A stretch of 64,000 bases of DNA from Eledone cirrhosa (GCA_964016885.1 OZ024742.1:311054001-311118000); one strand, 5' to 3'. Shown: positions 30,215-42,888, counted from the first letter of the stretch. Notes: generated by a model not told the origin, from the letters alone. A program made the numbers and translations.

Positions 30215-30251
<37 letters not shown>

Positions 30252-30296
30252 AAGTTAAATAAAAAGTCAAATGATTAAAATTTAGCTTCGTTTATT

Positions 30297-30351
30297 ACTG
30301 CTATATATATTTCAGTGACAGCCATCTTTGGCTGTGACCTCTTCAGGCAGT
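30297..30351 (-). ncRNA. Minimal type I HHR (inverted, mutated copy at 30496-30550) in fold-back island 30249-30697
   Basis: ACTGC-CTGAAGA-GGTCACAGCC-AAAGAT-GGCTGTCACT-GAAA-TATATA-TA^GCAGT. Confidence 0.88.
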
Positions 30352-30694
30352 TTGAATTAGTATGGTATACACAAGTACATATGTTGTTGAGGTATATATT
30401 ATTGTCAATACTCTGATATGCCCAGTTCCTGGTTGGGTTGTTATTTCACTGAGGAACTGGAATCATATGTACTTGTCTATACCATACTAATTCAAACTGC
30501 CTGAAGAGGTCACAGCTAAAGATGGCTGTCACTAAAATATATATAGCAGTAATAAACGAAGCTAAATTTTAATCATTTGACTTTTTATTTAACTTTATTT
30601 TACATTACTCCGGAGTAACCAAAACAACCTGCGCACTTCGTCGAATGCTCAGCCTGCATACTGAGGTGTTGGTATACAACCAACATTAACTCAA

Positions 30695-30800
<106 letters not shown>

Positions 30801-30813
30801 CATATATATATAC

Positions 30814-30947
<134 letters not shown>

Positions 30948-31004
30948 GTGTGTACTATAAGGATAAAACAAGGATTCAGTGTTGCATCATCACATATAGA
31001 ATAA

Positions 31005-31097
31005 CATATTACATATGTTTCACTATCGATCAGCTCGAGGCAAGACCTATTATAGATCGAACCTGACTCTGTAATCGAAAGATCGTCAGATAATATG
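31005..31097 (-). ncRNA. Type I HHR with an extended stem II
   Basis: TAT-CTGACGA-TCTTTCGAT..ATCGATAGT-GAAA-CATATG-TA^ATA; palindrome ACATATGT; partial inverted copy at 31127-31154. Confidence 0.75.
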
Positions 31098-31569
31098 TTT
31101 AGTATATGAATTCGTCTCCGATTCTGTCGATTACAGAATCAGGTTCGATCTATATATATATCCTGATGTCCAACCGTTTTAAGCACCCATATATATCTAC
31201 CTGGTGCCCAACAGTTCCAGGTTTTAGGATCGTTTTGAGGGGGAAATTGAACCAAATGTTCTGCTAGTAACTTCCTCTACTGTCCCTTGGTAGAACCACA
31301 TTTTTAGATATTTCTAGTTTTAATTCAATATACTTTCACATCTTTTCTCCTAAGAAATTGCAGTTTCCATTCTGAGGTGGTCTTCACGTTTTTTTCTTTT
31401 TCCGTATTATGTATAATGATGAGGCAGCGAATTGACAGTGATTAGACCGTCGGGTAGAATGTTTTGGGGTATTTATTCTGGCTGTGCTCTCTCGGTTCAA
31501 ATCCTGCCCATGTTAACCTTGCTATTTATCCTATTATCAAGGTTCTTAAAAAAAGTACTAGAGTTGATT

Positions 31570-31645
<76 letters not shown>

Positions 31646-31994
31646 CCTCTCTCTCTTTCCCTCTCTCTCTCTCTCTCTCTCTTTCTCTTCTCTTCTCTCT
31701 CTCTCTCTCTCCTTCTATCTATCTCTCTATCTATCTATCTATCTCCCTATCTCACAATTTGTCTCTCTAAAAAGATCAGCTGCGCTCAGACATGGAGAAG
31801 TGATGAGCTCCGCCAGCTTTTAAAAATTGCCCAACATAAGCTGTGTCACTACAGCGCCCCGTACGGGTCCATATATACAAAATATTATGCATACATACAT
31901 ACAAGCATGCATACATACATACATAATACATACATACATACATACATACATACATACATACATACATACATACATACATACATACATACATACA

Positions 31995-32929
31995 TGGTGG
32001 CTGCCAACTCGTTTTCGAGTACGGCCACTACTTTATATCCATGTAGGAGAACCCCTACCGATACGCTGAACGAGTGTGACCTTTTAGTCCAGCCAGCGAC
32101 TTGAAAACTCTGGTACAAACACTACACTTGTGACAATTACTGACACATAGTGCTGGGCCCATGGTACCATGTGATGACAAGTCCAGAGAGATCTCCAGAT
32201 ATAAAGCAATGCCTGTGCCGTGAAGCTTTTATAGTGAGCAAAGGCACTGCACAAAGCCAGTCCCACTCTCTTAACCAAGATGATATTTACCAAAAATACA
32301 TACATACATACATACATACATGGTGGCTGCCAACTCGTTTTCGAGTACGGCCACTACTTTATATCCATGTAGGAGAACGCCTACCGATGCGCTAAACAAG
32401 TGTGACTTTTTAGTCCAGCCAGCGACTTGAAAACTCTGGTACAAACACTACATATGTGACAATTATTGACACATAGTGCTGGGCCCATGGTACCGTGTGA
32501 TGACAAGTGCAGAGAGATCTCCAGATATAAAGCAATGCCTGAGCCGTGAAGCTTTTATAGTGAGCAAAGGCACTGCACAAAGCCAGTCCCACTCTCTTAA
32601 CCAAGATGATATTTACCAAAAAGAAGAACAAGTCAACATCATTGGATACCATCAGAGTTGCAGGTGTTATATCAGAGTTTTCCTTCTCCTAGAATTCTGC
32701 CTTGACAAAGGCTAAGGGGTCATCTCTCCCGGTGATTTTGGATGGCCATTGACTCTTAAGAGCTCCTTTGCCTTTTGGCAGGTTTTGTTTTTAGTCCTGC
32801 AGGATGTCCAAAGTCACCCTCCTCACCAAGAAACCTTGGTGGGGTTGCCAGTTTAGTCGCCAACGACCCGACCATGAGACAGGTTGTACTGGGATACATG
32901 TTACCAGTAGCAGCAACTGGTGACCTGAC
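31995..32929 (-). mobile_element. Truncated plus full copy of the about 600 bp RTE-like non-autonomous element, each flanked by (TACA)n
   Basis: 31995-32295 equals the start of 32320-32929; matches 17482-18080. Confidence 0.65.
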
Positions 32930-33073
32930 ATACATACATACATACATACATACATACATACATACATACATACATACATACATACAACGTTCCTTACGGA
33001 GCGGCATCTTATTTTCTTCAGTCTTCGCTACTCGTTCTGATTGTGTGGTGTGTGTGTGACTGTATTTTATATT

Positions 33074-33184
<111 letters not shown>

Positions 33185-33185
33185 G

Positions 33186-33217
<32 letters not shown>

Positions 33218-33221
33218 TGTG

Positions 33222-33255
<34 letters not shown>

Positions 33256-33294
33256 TTTATATATCTATATCTATCTATGTATACATACATATAT

Positions 33295-33384
<90 letters not shown>

Positions 33385-33497
33385 AAATATAATATAAAAG
33401 CATACATGAACAGTTACATATATATATATATATATATATGCAAGTGATTATAATTTAAATTATATATATATATATAATATATACAATACGCACACGC

Positions 33498-33599
<102 letters not shown>

Positions 33600-33776
33600 T
33601 GTGCGTGTGTATGTGTATATATGTTTATATATGTATATTTATATATGCATATATAAATATATGTATACGATGTATACATATATGTGTGTGTATTTATATA
33701 TATATATATATATGTATTTATATATATACACACACATATATATATATATGCATGTGTGTGTATATATACATGTATA

Positions 33777-33877
<101 letters not shown>

Positions 33878-34294
33878 TTTATTTCATTTCATTATATGTT
33901 CACTCTGTCTCCCTGTGATTTCCCACGCCCAGAAATTATTCTACCATTTTTCGCTTGCTGTTTTCGCAGACGTCATGGAGATGGTAAGGAACTGGTGAAG
34001 TCTGTCGTAAATAGAATAACAAACAGAGGGAGTGAGGGGGGAGAGAGAGAGATAGAGAGTCATTGGGAGGGAGAAGGACATGCAGATATCTATTGAGAAA
34101 ACAGAGTGAGAGAGAGGGGGGCGTTAGTGCGTATGTGTGTGTATGTGTATATGTATGTGGGTATATGTGTATATGTATGTGTGTATATTTGTTTGTGTGA
34201 GTGAGGCAGAAAGAAGGTGACTGAGAGAGAGAGGGACACAGAGATGTTTATAGAGAAAACAGAGAAAGAAAGTGTGTATGTATGCATGTGTGAG

Positions 34295-34347
<53 letters not shown>

Positions 34348-34794
34348 ATTACAGAGAGTGTGTGTGTAGGGTGAGAGAAAGAGTGTGTATATGAGGTGGT
34401 TTATAAGATAAGAGAGAGTTGGATAGTGTAAAAGTGTGACAGAAAAATGAGGCGTAGAAGTGAGAAAGGGAGGGAAGAGAGATTTGGAGAGAGCTAAGGC
34501 CATCCAACCATAGCCATCACCTTTTTTTTAAACTGGGGAAGAAGTCTGTGGACCTTGCTCGCCAAGGATGGCTGTCTTGAAAGGATTATTTTATTAACAT
34601 CAACCTCTCTTTCTACGATGGGATGCTCAGTCCCTCCATCTTTGACCCGTTCCCCGTCAACAACTGCAAAAAACAAGTTTGTGTCACGAGACATCCACTT
34701 CTCTTTAATATCGTTTTCTCTGCACTGCTTCACGTTTCGCATAGAGAAAGTTTGTGTCATAGCGGCCTTTCTATTCAATATTATTTTCTCTGCC

Positions 34795-35160
34795 TCGGTT
34801 GATTGGCAGTATCGGTAGGGGGTCGGACGCCATGCTTTGATGCATAGAGTTACGGCCCTTGCCATTCTGAGTTCAAATCCCGCCGAGGTTAACTTTACCT
34901 TTCATCCTTACGGGGTCGATAAAATAAAGTACCAGTAATGTACTGGGTAATTGCTGGCCTTGTGCCAAAAGTAGAAACAATTATTTTCTCTGCCTCGGTG
35001 GATTGGTAGTATCGGTAGAGGGTCGGACGCCATGCTTTGCAGCAAAGAGTTAACTTTGCCTTTCGTCCTTACGGGGTCGATAAAATAAAGTACCAGTAAT
35101 ACACTGTGATAATTGCTGGCCTTGTGCCAAAAGTAAAAACAATTATTTTCTCTGCCTCCG
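34795..35160 (+). mobile_element. Tandem family-A SINEs
   Basis: Two head-to-tail units separated by the repeated flank ATTATTTTCTCTGCCTC. Confidence 0.85.
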
Positions 35161-35398
35161 CAGTGCATCACGATTCGCATAAAGTAAGGTTGTGTTATGG
35201 TACCCCTTCACTTCAACGTTGTTTTCTTCGCAATACATCATGATTCGCACAAAGCAAGTTTGTGTCATGGCACCCCTTCTGGCGGATGGCAGTATTTTCA
35301 ATCTATGGCGGCAGAATTTCAAAACAAATGTGTTGTTTTTTATGCTGTTGCATCTTCTCTATGTTGCTGGCTGCTGTCTGGTTGTTCACATTATAGAA

Positions 35399-35758
35399 CA
35401 GAGGTTCTCAAACTTTTGGGGCCACCACCCCCACCCCTCACGACCACGTAATACCCTCAGCGCCCCACCCCTATTTCCAAAGAACCTGCCTACACGCAAA
35501 TTGTAAATAATATATAAATAAAATCGTTAATTGATATATAGATAAATATTATAATATATACTATGTATAAATAAGTATATTTTTTCACTTTACTATATTT
35601 TTTTTATATCATTTGATATTTAATATGCTATTATATCATCTCTACGGCCCTCCCACCGGCCCTTAGGCCTCACCTCCCCCTTAGGCCCTACCGCCCCACT
35701 GGACCTTCCCAATGCCCCCCTCCCCCTTGGGTGGTAGCGCCTACTTTGAGAACCTCTA
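35399..35758. mobile_element. hAT (Charlie-like) MITE
   Basis: TIR CAGAGGTTCTCAAA / TTTGAGAACCTCT; imperfect 8-bp TSD TTATAGAA/ATCTAGAA; second copy at 48843. Confidence 0.8.
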
Positions 35759-35789
35759 ATCTAGAAGATGCTCAAAGTATCGTCGATGA

Positions 35790-36075
35790 TATTGCCAGGA
35801 CCACAATCTGACCATCAGTTGAGAAAAGGACAGAAGTATAAAACCCTCACTCTGGCGCGCATTTTCCACGAACCTTGTCATCTCCATCAACAATGAACCA
35901 ATCAAGACCTTAGACAATTGATGTTCTTTTGATGATGTGATCTTGCAGAATACCAAAATCGATAACGAAATGACGGCCCTCAAAAAGTCCAGTAGGTCCT
36001 TTGGACGCCTGCAGCAGTGCTTGTGGTCAGAATGGGTTGTTCAGATGAATACTAAGCTTCAAGTCAAATGTGGAT
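35790..36075 (+). pseudogene. RTE-like reverse transcriptase C-terminal fragment
   Basis: ISINNEPIKTLDN..KIDNEM..KKSSRSFGRLQQCLW..NTKLQV. Confidence 0.6.
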
Positions 36076-37313
36076 CTTCCCAACCTCCTTTAAGGATTGC
36101 TTTACATTTTGATGGCTCAAATGTTATTTTTCAATCAGTTGCTTTGACCTTCATTTTGACAAAATTTGTTTTATTTCTCAATCGTTTGCCCTGACCTTCA
36201 TTTTGACAAAATTTCTGTTTGAGTTAGATGTTACTATATTGCTTTCTCTTGTCGAACCTAAATCTACGCTACCACCTCTCCTTCCATAACTAGATAGGCT
36301 GCGAATCTCGTTATGATATCAAGCATCTGCGAATATACACTTTATACTCAAGAACCGTGAATCTCGGTTGCTAGTCACATAATATCAGTATATCAGTGAA
36401 AATATTTTAACTACGATATTTATTAAAAAATCTTCGTAAAGTGTTTGCGATCTCTGACTCCTAAATTCTCATCCATATGTTGTTATAAGACATACTTTGT
36501 GATGCTGTCACTTTGTAGCGGCCATTTTTCTTTAGGAAAATTTATATATGTTACTTTATTTTTTAAAAATAATCTTATACCTATTTTATAAACATTCACT
36601 ACATATCATAGTACTAACCAATGAAATGTGTGTATGGACCCGTATCCCTCATTGGAGTTGTAAGAGCGCCATAGCCACATACGTCATGTCTTGGGAAATT
36701 AAACCAAGCAGATCCCATCCCCTCTCCAAGTCGGAACACAGCCAACTTCTTCCAGAGAAGGAGAAATAGAAGATAATACAGGGAAAGTGAGAACAAGATA
36801 TTGAGGAAGGTTCGACAGTACTGGACTGGTACTATTGACCTTGAAAAGAGATGAAAAGCAAAGTTGACTGCAAAGTTGACTCAGAGACTATAGAGCCAAA
36901 ACAAATACCACGAAGCATTCTATACGATATTCTAATCTAATGACTCTGCCAATTCGTCTTAACTATTTCTTATATATGGGAGCTGTTCTATATCTAATTA
37001 AGATTGCGATACGTTAGGTCAACTGCACGATAAATTTGCGTTCTAATCCTAACAATACAGGAGATTTCCTACCAATGGCCGATCGCTGATGAGAGCATTA
37101 CGCATAAATCAGGCAGCAATAATTGAAAAGCACAAGTTGAACAATTCGATGATCATTCGATAGTTTTGGGGTCGGTGAGGGGAGTAACAATGACTGTCTT
37201 CTTTTACTCAGTGGAATAAAAAATAAAGATACGAACCAGACAGACTAAAAGAAACTTAAACACTTAAAAATACAGACAGGCAGGCAGATGGATTGACAGA
37301 CAGTCAGACAGAC

Positions 37314-37383
<70 letters not shown>

Positions 37384-37646
37384 GTTTCTTTTATTTGCCA
37401 CTAGGGCATCAAAAGTGGGACAAGTACAAAGGGGGGAGTTTACACAAAAAGGCGTCCTCAATAAGGAGGAGGCAATAACAAAATATAAAAATAAAATAAG
37501 ATATAACAAAAAATAAAATTTTTAACAAAATCCTCAATAGAGAGGAGGCGCCTTGGGGGGTCGCACACACCCCCGAAAAAAGTGTGCAACCCTTTTCCTC
37601 AGGAGCACAGAGAGGGGGTGCTCCCTCGTTCCTTCCTCTTTTCCAC

Positions 37647-40600
37647 CTACAGGCTTATGTAAAGAGAAGGCCCATTCACACGGGCCATTCTCGCCACTTT
37701 CACCCACCTTTCATAAAAACGACTGGGGTGCAGCACCTCTCTCTCCATCCTGATCCTTCTTCCGAAATGATATCGGAAGAAACGGACCAGTTGTTGGCCA
37801 GAGAGAAAGGTGCCTGACCTCAGTCCTTTCAGACGCGTCCACCATACAACCTCTTTCGCCATGGCTATTACGCACAGAAACACCGCCTCTGCTTCATCTT
37901 TGAAGGGGGGGGGCGGCTTGATCATTACAATAGACTCGGTGGTCAACCGGATCGGTCCCACCCTTGACAGCAGTTGTTCGACATAGCCCCACAGATCGGC
38001 TACGCCCGAGCAGTGTACCAATGCGTGTGCAACGGTTTCCTCGTCGCACACGCATCTGGGACAGATCTTTTTGGCGGGGTCCCTACCCGGGCGCCCGTGT
38101 CTGTAGAGCCTTTCTCGAACGGGTAAAGCCCCTCGGTAGCACTGCCAGGCCAGGGACTTCTGGAAGTTGTCCATAGGTCCCGGGCTGAATGTCCTACCGA
38201 ACAGGCTGGCCAGTCCGTCCTCCTCCATGTCTAGGGCTTCTCCGAGGGCGTCGTCGCACCTGCTGCGTACCAGCCCTCTATAGAATGTTGCGGTGGAGTC
38301 TCCACTGATAACCGGATCCGCCTGCCAGAGGGCGGTGAGCGCCTGGGCACACTCAGTGTGCCAGGCGCCCAGTTTTCTCGGTCTTTGCTTGACCCAGGAT
38401 TGCAGCTCGGTGAGTGAGACGAGTCTGGGAAAGGTTCGTCTCACAAACGAGGCCCACACCGGTTGTCCGGTGAGGAATACGTAGAGGTGCCGTAGCCTTA
38501 ATGCGTGTTTACGCATCATTAGCCACGGCATCCCCAGCCCTCCTTTCGAAGGGTGTTGACAGCAGATGGATCTCCTCACCATAGGAGCCCGCCTCTTCCA
38601 AAGGAATTGGAAGAGCGCGCGCTCCATCTTGGTGAGGGTTTCCCTTGGGCAGGGCACTACGGTCAGGCGGTAGTAGATGACGGACGCTATATAAGTGTTC
38701 GCCACCTCCGCCCGACCTTTCAGGGATAGTTTGCAACTGGCCCACTTCTGGGTCAGTGCAAACACCCTGTTCGTAACCTCCGCCCAGTTTTTCTCCACCT
38801 GGAGGTCCGGTCCGAACCAGACCCCGAGCAACTTCACCGGGCCCTCCGTCCAGCGTCCGACGACGCCATCAGAGGGCATCGGTCTGCCCCTCCACGTGCC
38901 GAGTTGCAAACCGATCGACTTGTCCCGGTTCAGCTTAGCCCCTGTGAACTTTTCGTACTCCTCCAGTAAGGTGCCGACCGCCTCGATTTCGGAGGCCGTC
39001 GACACCATTACTGTCACATCATCGGCGTAGGCTGACACCGCTTTCCGCAATCCCGGTTCCAAAGGGATGCCCTGCAACAACTCCAACTTCCGCAGTAGTG
39101 GCTCGAGAGTCAACACATACAGAAGGGAGGAGAGAGGGCACCCTTGTCGGATGGACCGCGCGATTTTGAACGGCTCCGAGAGGTAGCCGTTCACCTTGAC
39201 CCTAGAGCAGATGCGGCTGCTGTGCATAGCAGTGATCCAGCCCCTGAAAACGGGTCCGAAGCCTGCCGCCGCTAGCACCGCATCCAGGTAACCATGGTCG
39301 ACCCTATCGAACGCCTTAGATTGATCCAAGTTGATCAGAGCCCCACCAAAGCCGGGTTCGTTCCCAACCCTCTCTATGATGTATCGCATGAGGTGGAGGT
39401 TGTCATGGATGGACCTGGACGGGATAGCGCATGTCTGCGCATCTCCCACCAGGTTGCCCACGACAAGCGCCAACCTCTTTGCTAGCACCTTGGCCAAAAT
39501 CTGTAACTCTGTATTTAGCAGAGTTATGGGCCTGAAGTTACTTATTTCGTCCCCCTTGTTCTCGTCCTTCCTCACTAGCGTGACTACGCCCTTGGTCACA
39601 GTACAGGGAATTCTCCCGTTCTGTTGCCAGTTGCAGTAGACCGCCTCGAGGAGATCGGGGAACAAGTCCGGCATAGCTAGATATAATTCGTAAGGAAGAC
39701 CATCGAGACCCGGGGATTTGCGTTTGCCGCATTGGCTCAGCACGTCCTCTATCTCAGCGGCCGAAATCGGCTCCTCGCAGGACTTCGCCTCCCTGTCCGA
39801 GAGGCGCGGCAGGCCGTCGAGGTATGGACCGAAGTCCACGTTCCCAACCGGCTCCCCGCCCCTCCCGAACAGTCGGGCAAAGTGCCTTTGAAAGGCCTCA
39901 CACATCTGCTTAGGCTCAAGAATCGCCCGTCCATCCAGGTCTCGCAAAGACCGGATGGTGGATTTAGTTCCACTGTTGGCCTCTGTCACGCTAACAGCTT
40001 TGGCCCCCTCGTTCCCTAGAGCACGTATTTTACTTCGGACAACGCAGCCTTCGTGCTTCGCGTCGAAAAACTGGCTCAAAGCCGTTCTCGACGCTAGCAC
40101 TCTGGCCACGTCGCCGCTTCTAATTGCCTCTTCTACTCTATCTATTAGCTCCCTTTCCTTCCTATTCCTATCCGCAGCTAGAACCTTACTAAATTCAATC
40201 GAGACTACTCTAATCTCTCTCTTTAGAGATACCCACCACCTGCTGTTGACGATCGCTCCAGTCAACCGTTCCTTAACTAACGTACTAATCCGATTCCTGT
40301 AGGCTCTACTTGCCGGCAAGGACAAGTTGAGCTTCCAGTAACCGGGGCCCTGTCTATGAGTTCTGTCAAGGTTGACCATGCAGGTCACTAATTTGTGGTC
40401 TGAATAGCCAACCATGCGCATTTTTGGACAACTTAAATAGTCCTTATCCTTAATTCTAACTAAGAACCTATCTAGGTACGACCTAGATGATCCGCTACGA
40501 TTTGCCCAAGTCCAGGTTGGCGCAGTCGGAAAATCTAGTCGATATCTATCGGCCAGGTCAAATCGACCGATTAACCCTTTGAGGCTATTACACCCCTCTC

Positions 40601-41075
40601 TATCGGGGCAGGCCCCTACGTAGTCCCAGCGTGCATCTAGGATACCATTCCAGTCCCCCACTAATAGCAAGGAGCGGGACGTCCCTAGAAAAGTCTCCAG
40701 ACGATGGAAGAAGTCCGGCCGCATTGACCCGAAAGGGCCGTAGGCGGCTACCAACCTAAACGCTCCACCTTTACCACTGCCAAGGTCCAGAACCACTAGT
40801 CGACCCTCCGGGTCCAAATGTACCATCTGTGTTGCGAGACCCAGATGTTTTTGCAGCAGAACGACAACTCCACCCCCGCCTCCGGGCTGACAGAGAGATG
40901 CGTGCATCTCAAAGTCATCAAAGGTGGGGGCCAGCTGTCGCACGTTGCTGATCCGGGCCTCGCAAATAACCATCACATCTATACGTTGTGACCTGAGGTC
41001 ATTTAGAAGCATTGCTTGCTTCCAAGTTGAGCCCAGGCCACGCGCATTTAAACAGCCTACTCTTAGCATAGCCAT
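37647..41075 (-). CDS. LINE ORF2: APE endonuclease, reverse transcriptase and zf-RVT
   Basis: LNARGL, GDWN, LDRF, SDH (APE); KSPGLDG, FRPITLLN, DQSKAFDRV, IRQGCPLS, YADD (RT); CPRC..EETVAHALVHC. Uninterrupted frame. Confidence 0.96.
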   Translation of the reverse strand: MAMLRVGCLNARGLGSTWKQAMLLNDLRSQRIDVMVICEARISNVRQLAPTFDDFEMHASLCQPGGGGGVVVLLQKHLGLATQMVHLDPEGRLVVLDLGSGKGGAFRLVAAYGPFGSMRPDFFHRLETFLGTSRSLLLVGDWNGILDARWDYVGACPDREGCNSLKGLIGRFDLADRYRLDFPTAPTWTWANRSGSSRSYLDRFLVRIKDKDYLSCPKMRMVGYSDHKLVTCMVNLDRTHRQGPGYWKLNLSLPASRAYRNRISTLVKERLTGAIVNSRWWVSLKREIRVVSIEFSKVLAADRNRKERELIDRVEEAIRSGDVARVLASRTALSQFFDAKHEGCVVRSKIRALGNEGAKAVSVTEANSGTKSTIRSLRDLDGRAILEPKQMCEAFQRHFARLFGRGGEPVGNVDFGPYLDGLPRLSDREAKSCEEPISAAEIEDVLSQCGKRKSPGLDGLPYELYLAMPDLFPDLLEAVYCNWQQNGRIPCTVTKGVVTLVRKDENKGDEISNFRPITLLNTELQILAKVLAKRLALVVGNLVGDAQTCAIPSRSIHDNLHLMRYIIERVGNEPGFGGALINLDQSKAFDRVDHGYLDAVLAAAGFGPVFRGWITAMHSSRICSRVKVNGYLSEPFKIARSIRQGCPLSSLLYVLTLEPLLRKLELLQGIPLEPGLRKAVSAYADDVTVMVSTASEIEAVGTLLEEYEKFTGAKLNRDKSIGLQLGTWRGRPMPSDGVVGRWTEGPVKLLGVWFGPDLQVEKNWAEVTNRVFALTQKWASCKLSLKGRAEVANTYIASVIYYRLTVVPCPRETLTKMERALFQFLWKRRAPMVRRSICCQHPSKGGLGMPWLMMRKHALRLRHLYVFLTGQPVWASFVRRTFPRLVSLTELQSWVKQRPRKLGAWHTECAQALTALWQADPVISGDSTATFYRGLVRSRCDDALGEALDMEEDGLASLFGRTFSPGPMDNFQKSLAWQCYRGALPVRERLYRHGRPGRDPAKKICPRCVCDEETVAHALVHCSGVADLWGYVEQLLSRVGPIRLTTESIVMIKPPPPFKDEAEAVFLCVIAMAKEVVWWTRLKGLRSGTFLSGQQLVRFFRYHFGRRIRMEREVLHPSRFYERWVKVARMARVNGPSLYISL

Positions 41076-41313
41076 GTTGGTAGTGAAGAGAAAAGGCACT
41101 TACCTCTCTGCGTCCCGGGTATCGGGCTGCACAATTTCCATTAGGGTGGGGGATGGGTTGTTGGGTGGGGTGGTGGTTTGTGGAAGTGTGGGGGCATCAG
41201 TGTGATGTGTGGTTGGGGAGCTTGGAGTTGTGTGGGTGTTTGGGGAGGGGGTGGGATAGTTTTTTAGGAGGACGCGGTTAATGGGCCCGACGCAGGGGGG
41301 ACCCACGTCCTCT

Positions 41314-42888
41314 TTAAAATTGTTTTTTTAAAGTTTTATAGGTGTCCTGTGGGGCCTTAATCATTTTGAGGTGGGGGAAATCCCCTGCCTGGGTGAAGTT
41401 AGGCCCTTGTGTTTTTATTAGATTGTTGTTGTACACAATGTTTAACAGTTTTTTGTTTCTTGTATTTATGTATGTGTATGCATGTTTTTGTTTTTGTGTG
41501 GTGTTTTTTGTTTGCTGTTGTTGTGAGCTCTTTTGTGTTGGTGTCAGTGTTATGTTTGGGGGAGGGGTTTTTTTCATTTGTGTGTCTGAGGTGTGTTTTC
41601 TTTTTTTTCTTTTGATTGTGTGGAAGTGCTCCTCCTCGTCTGACGACGAACTAGGGTCATCTTCCGCGTTGGAGGGGAGGGGTATATTTTCGGGTTGTGT
41701 TTGCGGTACGGGTGTTTTGGAAATTGTTTTTGTTTTTTGAGTGGAGGGGATGGGTTGGACATTGTTTTGTTTTGGTTTGAGCTGTGGTGGTTGTTTTTGT
41801 AGTGGTAGTTGTGGTGATTGTGTTGGTTGTGCAGTTGTTGGTGGTGTAGGCAGGATTGGGGTTTTCTTATTAAGTTGGGGACAGACAGCCCTCAGGTGAC
41901 CTCTGGTTCCGCAGAGGTAACACGAGGGCCGTCTACCCTCAACGGTAATGTTGATGAAGGTTAGATCATCCAGTATGACGCGTTCAGGGATCTGGGCGAT
42001 CCTTTCGGGCCTCATTTGAACTACAAGTTCGAGGCTCGTTCCACTGAACGCGTCACCCGATGCCTTTCCCATGGACACCAGCATGTCATCCTCCAGGTCC
42101 AGAAAACCTGTCAAAACCCACCATATGTCCATAATCGGCAGGATGGTGTGGATTTTTATTTTTTGTGTTCTTCTACCCATGTACGTAGGGTAGAAGGTGT
42201 ATGCGGTGGATGTGATTGGTTTGATGGACAGTTTCACTGCTGTGTCCCTGTCCTTCATGAGAATGGATAGACTCCCGTAGAGTCTATCCTTCTGAATGAA
42301 GGTGATGTCCTTCATGACGTCTTTTAAAACCAGCTCTATCTCGCTCTGTGATGGTTGAGCTGGTTTTTTACTTTTGTTCGAGATTGTCCTAAACATGACC
42401 GTGTTTAGGAGTCTCTGGCTTTTTAGTTCCGGGGGGGAATGGATTGTGAATGAACCATTTTCCCCGTACACTATATATTTTTTCGCATCCGCCAGTAGCT
42501 CCTTCGCTTTTGTTATATCTACTGGCAGATAGTCGAGGGTTTTCCTTGTCGTCTCGGCGAAGGAGAAATTTTGTTTGTTTGTGTTGTTGTTGTCGTTGGT
42601 GGTGTTGTTGTTATCATTGTTGTTGTTGTCACCGTTATTGGTCTTGTTGTTGTTATTGTTATTGTTATTGGTGTTGTTTTCGTCCGTCGCATTGTTGTTG
42701 TTGCTGTTGCTGCTGGTTCTTTGAGTTGTTGCCATGGCAACGTCAAGTTGTCGGTTAACAGGTGGAGAGAATTCTTCCTCTGGCTGACCTTTCTTCTTGA
42801 CCTCTGCTACTGTGACAGTGGCAGGGGGAAGCTGTAAGTTCATCTTCCCCTTTCCTCCTTCGAATTTTGGTGAAGAAGCTTCGGCCAT
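41314..42888 (-). CDS. LINE ORF1 zinc-knuckle nucleic-acid-binding protein (probably continues to 41100 after a +1 shift)
   Basis: CYLCGTRGHLRAVC; Asn-rich N-terminus; homologous to ORF 1420-2766. Confidence 0.88.
   Translation of the reverse strand: MAEASSPKFEGGKGKMNLQLPPATVTVAEVKKKGQPEEEFSPPVNRQLDVAMATTQRTSSNSNNNNATDENNTNNNNNNNNKTNNGDNNNNDNNNTTNDNNNTNKQNFSFAETTRKTLDYLPVDITKAKELLADAKKYIVYGENGSFTIHSPPELKSQRLLNTVMFRTISNKSKKPAQPSQSEIELVLKDVMKDITFIQKDRLYGSLSILMKDRDTAVKLSIKPITSTAYTFYPTYMGRRTQKIKIHTILPIMDIWWVLTGFLDLEDDMLVSMGKASGDAFSGTSLELVVQMRPERIAQIPERVILDDLTFINITVEGRRPSCYLCGTRGHLRAVCPQLNKKTPILPTPPTTAQPTQSPQLPLQKQPPQLKPKQNNVQPIPSTQKTKTISKTPVPQTQPENIPLPSNAEDDPSSSSDEEEHFHTIKRKKRKHTSDTQMKKTPPPNITLTPTQKSSQQQQTKNTTQKQKHAYTYINTRNKKLLNIVYNNNLIKTQGPNFTQAGDFPHLKMIKAPQDTYKTLKKQF

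Larger units (their letters stand above)
28003..30216 (+). mobile_element. 5'-truncated Penelope-like element (Neptune-like) in (TA)n
   Basis: GIY-YIG ORF end, long C/A-rich 3' UTR, HHR at 30096, AATAAA at 30164. Confidence 0.88.

Noticed and set aside
32840-32929. Canonical HDV-like ribozyme
   Set aside because: Could not place P1, P1.1 GG and L3 consistently; kept only as an unexplained structure.
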